56,484 nucleotides of DNA, taken from assembly GCA_937936355.1 (NCBI GenBank), contig CALDDM010000030.1, forward strand, positions 1 through 56,484, in the 5' to 3' direction. The notes under the pieces are model-generated. The model ran no database searches and had not been told where the DNA came from. It was given only the letters and a program-made list of their open reading frames with translations. This DNA is from Minisyncoccota bacterium. GTDB taxonomy: Bacteria; Patescibacteriota; Minisyncoccia; Moranbacterales; GCA-2747515. Of the stretch, positions 8,427-17,479 are shown one piece after another. Both the position numbers and the translations under genes were made by a program. The stretch's first letter is position 1. The number at the start of each line of letters is the position of its first letter.

Positions 8427-8584
8427 AGTATCAGAAGGGGGTATGTGGAGTCACACAAGGGGCTCCACTTTAATTTGCAAAAATGATGGGCAGATATATC
8501 GCAAATAAGTGATGTGAAAAAAAGCACTTATAGTGATTTCTATGTAGTAGTTTAGAGTGAATAGGTGAGTTCAGAAAAGTAATG

Positions 8585-8668
8585 GCGCACTCACAGGAAT
8601 GCGCCAAATTTCATTGGAAGTCTTAGTCCGTCGCCTGGTCTCATATCTGTCACTTAAGCACTTAGATA
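8585..8668 (-). repeat. Diverged direct repeat B1 (terminator plus frameshifted 3' end of a paralogue of the 9430-9912 gene)
   Basis: Similar to 9390-9476; minus strand reads LSKCLSDRYETR-(frameshift)-TD* versus PSKCLGDKHKLSPTD*. Confidence 0.85.
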
Positions 8669-8734
8669 ATTCCTCTCCTGATGAAACATTGAATGCAGTA
8701 TTGTGAAGGCATTATTGCTACAAATTATATGGCA

Positions 8735-9328
8735 TTAAAAAGGGGTGTCGTATGGACTGGCAGCAAGATTGTAGATTAACCAGTCAGATGCATAAAGCCG
8801 AACCTTGCCACAACTATACCCATCACCTTGATCAAAAACTTGATCAAGCTTCTCCATGAGTCCTACATCTATACCTGCTGGATTATAAAATGTTATATTC
8901 ACACCATATCTGTTTTGAGAGGAGGAGCTGCTGCATGGATAAGGGAGAGCACCTTCATCGTCGTTGTCATATAAAAAATCATCAGCACTGATAAATTCCG
9001 TGTACATATCTTTTTGCATATAGTCACTTAATGTCGACATGCTCCCAGTCGTCAGGTCTAATGCTGCATTGAGGTTGACATTTCCACTACCACCTGATCC
9101 TTGAACGGAGCTGAAATCACTGTGACCATCATTCCACCACTCATCGACACCTTCATCGATGAGTGCTTGTTGTAATGCTGTCTCTATGCCACGAATCTCT
9201 GCAATGAATTTTGCATATCGCGCTTGCTCGCGTGCGCCGCTAAGCGCAACCAAAGTGATTGATGCGAGAACGCCTATTATTGCTATGACTATGAGAAGTT
9301 CAATGAGTGTAAAACCTTTTTTGATCAT
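8735..9328 (-). CDS. Type IV pilin / pseudopilin
   Basis: Class III signal peptide KKG|FTLIELLIVIAIIGVLA with E5; C-terminal Cys pair. Confidence 0.93.
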   Translation of the reverse strand: MIKKGFTLIELLIVIAIIGVLASITLVALSGAREQARYAKFIAEIRGIETALQQALIDEGVDEWWNDGHSDFSSVQGSGGSGNVNLNAALDLTTGSMSTLSDYMQKDMYTEFISADDFLYDNDDEGALPYPCSSSSSQNRYGVNITFYNPAGIDVGLMEKLDQVFDQGDGYSCGKVRLYASDWLIYNLAASPYDTPF

Positions 9329-9382
9329 GGCGTGAATATTATAGTTCTAATACTATCAAATCAGAGAAATGCAAGCAATTTT

Positions 9383-9409
9383 AAAAACAGCGCACTCATA
9401 GGAGTGCGC
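9383..9409 (-). terminator. Rho-independent terminator (start of repeat B2)
   Basis: GCGCACTC-ATAG-GAGTGCGC stem followed on the minus strand by TGTTTTT. Confidence 0.75.
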
Positions 9410-9429
9410 CAGTTTCTTGTTGAAGAGTC

Positions 9430-9912
9430 TTAGTCCGTTGGGCTGAGTTTATGTTTATCACCTAAACATTTGGATGGTAGAGTCGTTTGATTGCTCGACG
9501 CGTACCGGTCCAAGACGACTAAGGCATTGCGAACACTTGAAATACGTACAACATCAAAGTGCATCTCAACTTGTGAGGAATCAATGTAGAGCGTTACCGC
9601 ATGGGACGAAGTTGCTTCGTCAAAAAGTACGGTAATGACAGACACAAGGATCTCATCAGCGTGATAAATATAGAGTATCTCATCAGCTTTTGAGGTTGAC
9701 CTGAGTTGCCATTGCATCTGATCATCACTACAAGTGATAACATGTGGAGCGATGGAGTGGTTCGACTTTTTGTCGAGGCGCTCATCCAGATGGTCAAGTG
9801 AGACAACCTCCATCTGTATGTTTGGGTAATCTAAGGCATTATCTGCAGCCTGCGTAGAGATGAATGGTGTCAATGACAACGCTAGTGTGGTGATAATTTT
9901 TTTAAAGTTCAT
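9430..9912 (-). CDS. Hypothetical secreted protein
   Basis: Sec signal MNFKKIITTLALSLTPFISTQA; AGGAG Shine-Dalgarno; own TTGACA-17-TATTAT promoter at ~9938-9966. Confidence 0.8.
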   Translation of the reverse strand: MNFKKIITTLALSLTPFISTQAADNALDYPNIQMEVVSLDHLDERLDKKSNHSIAPHVITCSDDQMQWQLRSTSKADEILYIYHADEILVSVITVLFDEATSSHAVTLYIDSSQVEMHFDVVRISSVRNALVVLDRYASSNQTTLPSKCLGDKHKLSPTD

Positions 9913-10004
9913 TTATATTCTCCTGAGTTTTAACAATATAATACACTATTTACAAGTAAATGTCAATATATTGGGAGCTGAGCAGAGACATAAAAAAAAT
10001 TTAT

Positions 10005-10165
10005 CATAAGAATGATTATCCTCGATAAGGGGAAGTTGTAATAACTGTAGTCGTATCGTACAATAAAGGCACCTTAATAAAACAAAATGTATAAGATACT
10101 GATCAAAAATGGAACGGTTATCGACGGGACAGGTGATCCAATGTTTCGTGCGGACGTCGCAATCA
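10005..10165 (+). repeat. Direct repeat A2 (native upstream region and 5' end of the amidohydrolase gene)
   Basis: Ungapped similarity to 7603-7763. Confidence 0.9.
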
Positions 10166-11670
10166 ACGACGGGAAAATCGTCAAAGTTGGGGATCTGTCA
10201 CATGAGCGAGGCGAGACGGAGATCGATGCATACGATCACTACGTAACACCTGGCTTCATCGACATCTCAAATCGCAGTGACGTATATTGGCGTCTGTTTG
10301 AAGATCCGACAATGGAGAGTCTGCTACACCAAGGAATCACTTCGATCATTGGTGGTAATTCTGGAGCCTCTCTTGCACCGATCTATAACGAGCAAATGTT
10401 TCTCTCAACACAAAAATGGGCAGATGTGGGAGGGACAAATGTTTCGTGGCAAAAAATGAATGAATTTTTAGATATTATCGACGAGAAAGGGTTGAGTATG
10501 CACTTTGGAACGTTTGTCGGCCATGGGACGCTCAGGCGCGGTCTTGTGGGTGATGAGATGCGAAAACTCACAAGCAAAGAATTGACGCAGCTCGTCACAC
10601 AGATACATGAAGCGATGGAAAATGGAGCGCTGGGTGTATCACTTGGATTGATTTACACACATGGACACAGCGCAACAGAGGATGAGCTTATTGCAGTTGC
10701 GGAAACAGTACGAGCACAAAACGGCTTACTTGCAGTACATTTGCGTGACGAGGATTCCGATCTGGTCGGTTCGATCGAAGAGATTATTCGCATTGCCGAA
10801 CGGACAAAAGTGCGGGTACATATCACACATCTCAAAGCTGTGGGTCAGCAACACTGGCCACGCATGAGTGAGGCATTAAAGATTCTTGATGATGGTCAGA
10901 TCAACGGATTGGATATCACATTTGACGTCTATCCATATACTGTGACAGGTTCGGTATTATACACATTTCTGCCAAGATGGCTGACAGAAGGCGGGCGCAC
11001 GATGATGCTTGGTCGCCTCACAAATAAAAACTCAAGGGAGCAGGCAATCAAGGAAATGCGTGAAAGCAAGATTTCATTCAAGGATGCAGTTGTGTCAGTT
11101 GCACCACATGCAGTGCAGCTAAGGGGTCGGACTCTCGGCGATATCGCAAGGGAGCGCGAAACAAAGGTAGAGGCTCTTATCATGGATCTTTTACTAGCTT
11201 CTGAGGGTCGGGTAATTATCCTACTCGAAGCCTTGAGTGAGGAGAATGTGGTTCGCGCTCTTGATAGTCCATATTCTGTCATTACGTCTAATAGCCCAGG
11301 ATATACGCTTGATAAAACGGATACAGCACAAGCATGGTCACACCCACGATCCTTCGGCGCATTTCCAAGGCTTTTTAGCCGTTATGTGCGCGAGAGAAAG
11401 GTGCTGAGTTGGGAGTTAGCAGTCCATAAATCAACCCTAAAGGTTGCAAAGAGATTGGGACTCACAGGACGAGGAACAATTCGAGAGGGATCGGCTGCAG
11501 ATGTGGTAGTGCTTGATCCGCAAGCAATACGAGATATAGCAAGCAAAGAAAAACCACGCGCATATGCACAAGGAGTACGCTATGTTGTGGTAGGTGGCGA
11601 AATTACCATAATGCGAGGTGACGTAATGGACGTCAGAGCTGGGAAAGTAATACGGGGAAAGGTAAAGTAA
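10087..11670 (+). CDS. N-acyl-D-amino-acid deacylase (D-aminoacylase) family amidohydrolase, catalytic motifs degenerate
   Basis: IKNGTVIDGTG, PGFID, VGHGTLR, DVYPYT, HPRSFGAFPR and GSAADVVVLDP family motifs. Confidence 0.9.
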   Translation: MYKILIKNGTVIDGTGDPMFRADVAINDGKIVKVGDLSHERGETEIDAYDHYVTPGFIDISNRSDVYWRLFEDPTMESLLHQGITSIIGGNSGASLAPIYNEQMFLSTQKWADVGGTNVSWQKMNEFLDIIDEKGLSMHFGTFVGHGTLRRGLVGDEMRKLTSKELTQLVTQIHEAMENGALGVSLGLIYTHGHSATEDELIAVAETVRAQNGLLAVHLRDEDSDLVGSIEEIIRIAERTKVRVHITHLKAVGQQHWPRMSEALKILDDGQINGLDITFDVYPYTVTGSVLYTFLPRWLTEGGRTMMLGRLTNKNSREQAIKEMRESKISFKDAVVSVAPHAVQLRGRTLGDIARERETKVEALIMDLLLASEGRVIILLEALSEENVVRALDSPYSVITSNSPGYTLDKTDTAQAWSHPRSFGAFPRLFSRYVRERKVLSWELAVHKSTLKVAKRLGLTGRGTIREGSAADVVVLDPQAIRDIASKEKPRAYAQGVRYVVVGGEITIMRGDVMDVRAGKVIRGKVK

Positions 11671-11689
11671 CTATTGATGCGTAATATTC

Positions 11690-13141
11690 TTGGTTAGTAT
11701 AGATATTGACCAAGAAAAGCGCCTTACAAAAATGTCACCAAAATGGTTTGATGGAAAAAAAATTACAGTTTTTGGGATTGGTACACTAGGTGGTGGAGTG
11801 GGCACAGTTCGTTACCTAGTCGAACAAGGGGCGCATGTCATAGCAACAGATCTCAAGAGTAGAGAGGATCTTATTGAGTCACTTGATAAACTCAAAGACC
11901 TCAAAAATGTAACATACGTACTAGGTCAGCATCGCAGAGAAGATTTTATTGATGTGGATATGGTCATCAAAACACCGAGTTGTCCATGGACAAATGAGCA
12001 TATCAAGCTAGCGCTCTCTAAGGATGTGCCAGTTGAAACAGACGCAAGCCTGTTCTTTCAATTATGCAAAAAACCAATCATAGGCATCACAGGGACGAAG
12101 GGTAAAACGACAACGTCACGTATTGTCTACCATTTACTCAAAAAGTCAGGCAAGACACCCGTACTTTTTGGTGTAGAGCATTTAGCGGTGCTAGACCGAT
12201 TGACTTATGTAAAGAAAAATACCATTGTTGTTTTTGAGCTCTCAAGTTGGCGCTTAAGTTCTTTTGCCAAGAATAAGCTTTCTCCACACATTGCAGTCTT
12301 TACAAATATCTTTCCAGATCACATGGATTACTACAAGTCTATGGAGTCATACTTCGCAGATAAAAAAAATATCTTTCTCCATCAGAGAGCCAGGGATTAT
12401 TTCATATACAATGCCGACGACGCGATGCTGCATGAGGCTGTAGATGAGGTTCCAGCACATATTCGAACGGCAACCAGTGAAAGGCGCAACAAGGGTCGAG
12501 GTATGTTTATTGAAAAAGGTAAGATTTTTCTCAACGACGGGATTGATACAGTACCTTTTATGGATGTTGATGAGATTCCATTGCGAGGTAGGCATAACCG
12601 CATGAACGTTCTCTTGGCAGCAAATGCAGCGCACGCTGTCGGACTTTCGGTAAGTGATATTCGTGATGGTGTTGCTAGCTTGCCACAGATTCCACATAGA
12701 CTTGAATTGGTGCGCGAAGTTGGAGGTATAAGGTATTACAATGACACAGCAGCAACAAACCCAGACGCAGCCATAGTGGGTATAGAGGCATTTGATGAGC
12801 CAATTATTCTCATAGCAGGTGGTGCAAGCAAGAATCTTTCAATAGAGGAAATGATGGAGTGCGTTGTGCGTGGCGTAAAAGACATTGTCTTTATAAAGGG
12901 AGAAGGAAGTGAAAGGATGATGTCACGACTAACGAAAGTAAAAAAAGATAAAAAACAGTTTGTTGACAGTGAGGGTGCGTATCGCGTTGCTGAGTCAATG
13001 CAAGAAGCGATTGAAATGACAAGAGGCATTGCCTCTGCTGGTGATGTTGTGCTATTGTCACCTGGCACATCAAGCTTTGGTGTATTCAAAAACGAGTTTG
13101 ATCGAGGTAATCAATTTCGAAAGTATGTCGAAGAAATCTAA
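11690..13141 (+). CDS. murD: UDP-N-acetylmuramoyl-L-alanine:D-glutamate ligase (start may be 11732)
   Basis: GITGTKGKTTT P-loop; ELSSW, PDHMDY, HRLE, YYNDTAATN and VLLSPG..SFG.FKNEFDRG motifs. Confidence 0.96.
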   Translation: MVSIDIDQEKRLTKMSPKWFDGKKITVFGIGTLGGGVGTVRYLVEQGAHVIATDLKSREDLIESLDKLKDLKNVTYVLGQHRREDFIDVDMVIKTPSCPWTNEHIKLALSKDVPVETDASLFFQLCKKPIIGITGTKGKTTTSRIVYHLLKKSGKTPVLFGVEHLAVLDRLTYVKKNTIVVFELSSWRLSSFAKNKLSPHIAVFTNIFPDHMDYYKSMESYFADKKNIFLHQRARDYFIYNADDAMLHEAVDEVPAHIRTATSERRNKGRGMFIEKGKIFLNDGIDTVPFMDVDEIPLRGRHNRMNVLLAANAAHAVGLSVSDIRDGVASLPQIPHRLELVREVGGIRYYNDTAATNPDAAIVGIEAFDEPIILIAGGASKNLSIEEMMECVVRGVKDIVFIKGEGSERMMSRLTKVKKDKKQFVDSEGAYRVAESMQEAIEMTRGIASAGDVVLLSPGTSSFGVFKNEFDRGNQFRKYVEEI

Positions 13142-14406
13142 TGGGCAAAAAATTAAAAGACAGTGATGTTGCGGTAGCTGATGCTATAGCAGGTGAGACG
13201 CGACGACAGGTGGAAGGGATAGAATTAATAGCATCAGAAAACTACGTAAGCGATGCTGTTTTGGAGGCGCTTGGTAGTGTGATGACGAACAAGTATGCAG
13301 AAGGCTATCCGGGCAATAGATTTTATGGTGGGCAAGAATTCACAGATCGTGTAGAAACACTAGCACAAGATCGTCTCAAAAAAATTTTCGGTGCAGAGCA
13401 TGTCAATGTGCAGCCGCTATCCGGTGCAAATGCAAATATGATTGTTTATAGCGCACTCCTTTCGCCTGGCGATACAGTGCTCGGGATGGATCTGGGGCAT
13501 GGCGGTCATCTAACGCACGGACATCCTGTGACTCTCAGTGCAAAAATGTACAACTTTGTCAGATACAAAACAACAGATGAAGGTGTGGTAGACTATGGTG
13601 CAATACATGATCTTGCAAGGAAGCACAGGCCAAAAATGATACTCGCAGGTTATAGTGCGTATTCACGACATGTTGATTACGAACAATTCCGCATGATAGC
13701 AGATGAAGTAGGAGCAATTCTCATGATGGATATGGCACATATCGCCGGACTAATTGCAGGTGGCGCATTGGAAAACCCAGTCCCCTTATGTGACGTCGTC
13801 ACAAGCACAACACACAAAAGCTTCCGTGGACCACGATCGGGAATGATTTTGTGCAAGAGTCAGTACGCAGAAGCAATTGACAAGGCACTTTTCCCAGGTT
13901 TTCAGGGAGGACCTCACATGAACAATATTGCAGCTCTTGCGGTTGCAGCAAGTGAAGCATCGCAGGTTTCCTTCGGTGTGTACGCAAAAAAAGTGATACA
14001 AAACGCCAAGGTGATGGAGGAAGAATTGAAAAAAGAGGGATTTCACATTTGCTTTGGGCAAACAGATAATCACCTACTGCTCATCGACACGATCAAGAGT
14101 AATGGGCATACAGGAACAGAGGTGGATGCAGTTCTTGAAAAGGTTGGAATTACCGTGAATAAGAACATGGTGCCAAATGAACCACGAAGTGCCTATGATC
14201 CTAGTGGAATCCGCATAGGCACCCCAGCAATAACAACACGCGGCATGGGACCGACTGAAATGAAGAGGATAGCAAGTTGGATAACACGTGCATGCGCGGA
14301 GATGAACAATGCACAAGAGCTAGTAAGTATAAAGGGGGAGGTGTTGGAGATGACAGCAGGCTACCCTATCTTCCAGGAGGAAAAAAATACGATCAAGACT
14401 GATTGA
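13141..14406 (+). CDS. glyA: Serine hydroxymethyltransferase
   Basis: LIASENY, NKYAEGYPG, GGHLTHG, STTHKSFRGPR (PLP lysine) and SGIRIGTPA motifs. Confidence 0.98.
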   Translation: MGKKLKDSDVAVADAIAGETRRQVEGIELIASENYVSDAVLEALGSVMTNKYAEGYPGNRFYGGQEFTDRVETLAQDRLKKIFGAEHVNVQPLSGANANMIVYSALLSPGDTVLGMDLGHGGHLTHGHPVTLSAKMYNFVRYKTTDEGVVDYGAIHDLARKHRPKMILAGYSAYSRHVDYEQFRMIADEVGAILMMDMAHIAGLIAGGALENPVPLCDVVTSTTHKSFRGPRSGMILCKSQYAEAIDKALFPGFQGGPHMNNIAALAVAASEASQVSFGVYAKKVIQNAKVMEEELKKEGFHICFGQTDNHLLLIDTIKSNGHTGTEVDAVLEKVGITVNKNMVPNEPRSAYDPSGIRIGTPAITTRGMGPTEMKRIASWITRACAEMNNAQELVSIKGEVLEMTAGYPIFQEEKNTIKTD

Positions 14407-14489
14407 GTATAATAAACTGTGCTAAAATGGTGGTGTATTGAGTCAACGTGAGTAAAAACTCGCTTCAAGTAACTAATTTGTTTACGACT

Positions 14490-15215
14490 ATGAAGGGTAT
14501 TATTCTCTCAGGCGGATCAGGAACAAGGCTGCGGCCACTAACATCAATGACATCGAAACAGTTGTTGCCAGTTTACAACCGACCGATGATCTATTATCCA
14601 CTCAATACACTCCTTAGGGCAGGCATCAAAGAAATTTTGATCATTATCGCACCAGACCATGCGGGTAATTATCTCAATCTCCTCGGATCCGGAAAAGACT
14701 TTGGAGCAAAGTTCACATATGAAATTCAAGATGAGCCAAGAGGTCTTGCAGAAGCATTCATTATTGGAGAATCTTTCCTGGACAACGACAGTGTCGCTAT
14801 GATTCTGGGAGACAACATCTTCGAAGATGATTTTTCACAAGAAATAAAAGAATTCAAGAGTGGTGGAAGAATTTTTGCAAAAGAGGTTGAGGATCCAAAG
14901 CGTTTTGGTGTTGTGGAGTTTGACCAAAAGATGAAAGCCCTGTCAATCCAGGAGAAACCAGAAAATCCCAAGAGTAATTTTGCAATTCCTGGATTATATA
15001 TTTTCGACAATAGAGTCGTTGATTTCGCAAAATCAGTAGAGCCAAGTGCACGTGGTGAGATTGAAATTACAGAGATTCAGCAGCGGTATCTCGACCTTGG
15101 TGAGCTAGATGTGAGAACATTCAATGGTCAGTGGGTTGATGCAGGAACATTCGAATCACTGCATGCAGCAGGAGATCTTGCAAAGAATGTATTGGACAAA
15201 AAGATGATGATCTAG
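14490..15215 (+). CDS. rfbA: Glucose-1-phosphate thymidylyltransferase (RmlA/RfbA family, short form)
   Basis: MKGIILSGGSGTRLRPLT, SKQLLPVY, PSARGEIEIT and WVDAGT motifs. Confidence 0.88.
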   Translation: MKGIILSGGSGTRLRPLTSMTSKQLLPVYNRPMIYYPLNTLLRAGIKEILIIIAPDHAGNYLNLLGSGKDFGAKFTYEIQDEPRGLAEAFIIGESFLDNDSVAMILGDNIFEDDFSQEIKEFKSGGRIFAKEVEDPKRFGVVEFDQKMKALSIQEKPENPKSNFAIPGLYIFDNRVVDFAKSVEPSARGEIEITEIQQRYLDLGELDVRTFNGQWVDAGTFESLHAAGDLAKNVLDKKMMI

Positions 15216-15330
15216 GGCGAGAGTCGTAAACAGTGAAAAAGAAGCCTACAAGAAGGTGTGGTTGTTGTATAATATATAGCAGAGTATGTGCAAGCATTGA
15301 CCTCTATAAAACAAATACTAAGAAAAAAAC

Positions 15331-16197
15331 ATGCGAAAAATTAAGAAGGCAATTCTGCCTGTTGCAGGATTTGGAACGAGATTTCTCCCAGCAACAAAAA
15401 GCCAGCCAAAAGAAATGTTGCCTGTTGTGGATAAGCCAGTAATCCAATACCTCGTTGAAGAGGCTGTAGCCAGTGGCATTGAAGAGATTATATTTGTCAC
15501 AGGCCGCGGAAAGCGAGCAATTGAGGATCACTTTGACGTAGCATATGAACTCGAAAACACACTTGTAGAAAAGGGCAAGACAGCCGTTCTAGAAGAGGTG
15601 CAGGAGATTGCAAAGCTAGCAAAATTTACTTATGTGCGGCAGCCATACCCTCTCGGAGATGGTCATGCGCTCTTGCAAGCAGCACACATCGCAAGATATG
15701 AGCCAGTACTTGTCTTATTTGGAGACTGTATATATGATGCTGAAGTCCCTGCTTCAAAACAATTGATTGAAGCATTTGAAAAACATGGAACCAGTATGAT
15801 CGGTACAGCTGTCGTGGGCGATGATGAGGTATCGCAATTTGGTGTCATCGAAGGAGAGGAAGACGATGGCACGCTTAAGATGACAAAGATGATAGAAAAG
15901 CCAGAGCCATCAGAAACAGATTCACGTCAGGTTGCTGTAGGAAAATACATCGTTACACCAGACATAATGGATATTCTTGCCGGCATGGAAGACGGCAAAT
16001 CAGGTGAGATTCGCCTAGCAGATGCTTTTGAGATAGCGATTGAACGAGAAACAGAGATAAGATCGCTCCCACTTGAGGGGGAGTGGCTTGATACAGGTGA
16101 TAAGTTTAACTTCCTTAAAGCCACAATCCAACTTGGACTTAAGCATCCTAATCTAAAAGATCAATTACGAGATCATTTAAAATCCCTTGAGCTTTAG
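15331..16197 (+). CDS. galU: UTP--glucose-1-phosphate uridylyltransferase
   Basis: KAILPVAGFGTRFLPATKSQPKEMLPVVDKP and GKRAIEDHFD motifs. Confidence 0.96.
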   Translation: MRKIKKAILPVAGFGTRFLPATKSQPKEMLPVVDKPVIQYLVEEAVASGIEEIIFVTGRGKRAIEDHFDVAYELENTLVEKGKTAVLEEVQEIAKLAKFTYVRQPYPLGDGHALLQAAHIARYEPVLVLFGDCIYDAEVPASKQLIEAFEKHGTSMIGTAVVGDDEVSQFGVIEGEEDDGTLKMTKMIEKPEPSETDSRQVAVGKYIVTPDIMDILAGMEDGKSGEIRLADAFEIAIERETEIRSLPLEGEWLDTGDKFNFLKATIQLGLKHPNLKDQLRDHLKSLEL

Positions 16198-16204
16198 AGT
16201 GCGC

Positions 16205-16234
16205 ATCAAGACCTCCTGCATAGGAGGTCTTGAT
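16205..16234. terminator. Strong hairpin after galU
   Basis: Perfect 13-bp stem ATCAAGACCTCCT-GCAT-AGGAGGTCTTGAT; weak U-tail. Confidence 0.55.
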
Positions 16235-16283
16235 ATATGACCCACTTATACATGACTCGCGGTAAATAGAGGTACGAAATAAT

Positions 16284-16832
16284 ATGACTAAAGAAAGTGA
16301 GAATAATCCATTCAAAGTCATCGATTCAAATGAGATCTACAAGAATCCCTGGATCACATTGCAAGAGGATAAAGTCATTCGTCCAGGAGGGGAAGAGGGA
16401 ATTTTTGGTATCGTAAGTCAAAGTGGAGGAAGTACGGTGATTCCTATCGATGGAGATACTGTCTATCTTTCACGGGAATTTAGATATGCAATCAACGACT
16501 ATTCAATTGAAGGTTTTAGTGGCGGCATTGAAGCGGGCGAATCATTTCTGGGTGCTGCTAAAAGAGAGTTGAAGGAGGAGCTTGGCGCAACTGCAGATCA
16601 ATGGACCGATCTAGGAGTGATAAATCCTCTCACCGCCATTGTGCGATCCCCCAAAGCAATGTTCATGGCAACAGTCTTAACTATGGGTACGTCAAAACCA
16701 GATCAAGGGGAGGTGATCGAAGTTCTTGCAATGCCATTTACAGAGGCAATTAAAATGGTGATGTCTAGTCAGATTACACATGGAGCGACATGTGTGGCTC
16801 TACAAAAAATCGCACTAATGCAGAGAAGGTAA
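16284..16832 (+). CDS. Nudix hydrolase (ADP-ribose pyrophosphatase-like)
   Basis: Nudix box GGIEAGESFLGAAKRELKEELG. Confidence 0.92.
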   Translation: MTKESENNPFKVIDSNEIYKNPWITLQEDKVIRPGGEEGIFGIVSQSGGSTVIPIDGDTVYLSREFRYAINDYSIEGFSGGIEAGESFLGAAKRELKEELGATADQWTDLGVINPLTAIVRSPKAMFMATVLTMGTSKPDQGEVIEVLAMPFTEAIKMVMSSQITHGATCVALQKIALMQRR

Positions 16833-16910
16833 GGAGAGGTTAAAATTGCATAGATTCCACATATGATTTATTCTAAGGTTAAATGAGTAAGACACTGACA
16901 ATGAGGCATT

Positions 16911-17354
16911 ATGAAGGTATTACTAAAAGAGGATATAAAGAAACTTGGACGCAAGGGCGACATTGTTGAGGTTGCTGACGGCTATGCCATGAGCGCACTA
17001 ATCCCATCTGGAAAAGGTGAGGTAGCCTCTACGTCAACGGTTACACTGTCAAAAAAGCAAAAAGCAGCGAAAGACATCGAAGAAAAAAAGATGCGAGAGA
17101 GCAGAGAGAGACTTGCGCGTAAAATAAAGGGTGGCATTATCGAGATTACGTCAAAGGCTGAAGGGGAAACACTTTTTGGCTCTGTAGGACCAAGTGAAGT
17201 TGCGCGAGCGATCAAGGACGCGTATAATGAAGTCATTGAAGATCGTGAAGTGGAGTTACCGCATCACATCAAGACACTAGGAGAGCACGCTGTAATGATT
17301 AATCTCGGAAAAGGACTGCACACTGAGGTTGTGGTACACGTCATAGCGAGCTAG
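16911..17354 (+). CDS. rplI: 50S ribosomal protein bL9
   Basis: MKVLLKEDIKKLGRKGDIVEVADGYA, LFGSV and IKTLGEH motifs. Confidence 0.96.
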   Translation: MKVLLKEDIKKLGRKGDIVEVADGYAMSALIPSGKGEVASTSTVTLSKKQKAAKDIEEKKMRESRERLARKIKGGIIEITSKAEGETLFGSVGPSEVARAIKDAYNEVIEDREVELPHHIKTLGEHAVMINLGKGLHTEVVVHVIAS

Positions 17355-17479
17355 ATTGAAAGGGCGTTATTTGCCAATGCACAGGGGAGGGTCACTAGAG
17401 CAGTGACTCTTTGTCTTTGTATGGGCATTTTGCAGTGTGCCGTTTCAAGAATTCTTGTAATATCAAAAGATCTGAACCT

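Noticed and set aside
7075-10000. Integron cassette array
   Set aside because: No integron integrase and no attC-like GTTRRRY/RYYYAAC sites; genes point both ways; the repeats derive from neighbouring genes.
7603-10165. Diversity-generating retroelement TR/VR pair
   Set aside because: No reverse transcriptase in the window, and the differences between repeat copies are not restricted to adenines.
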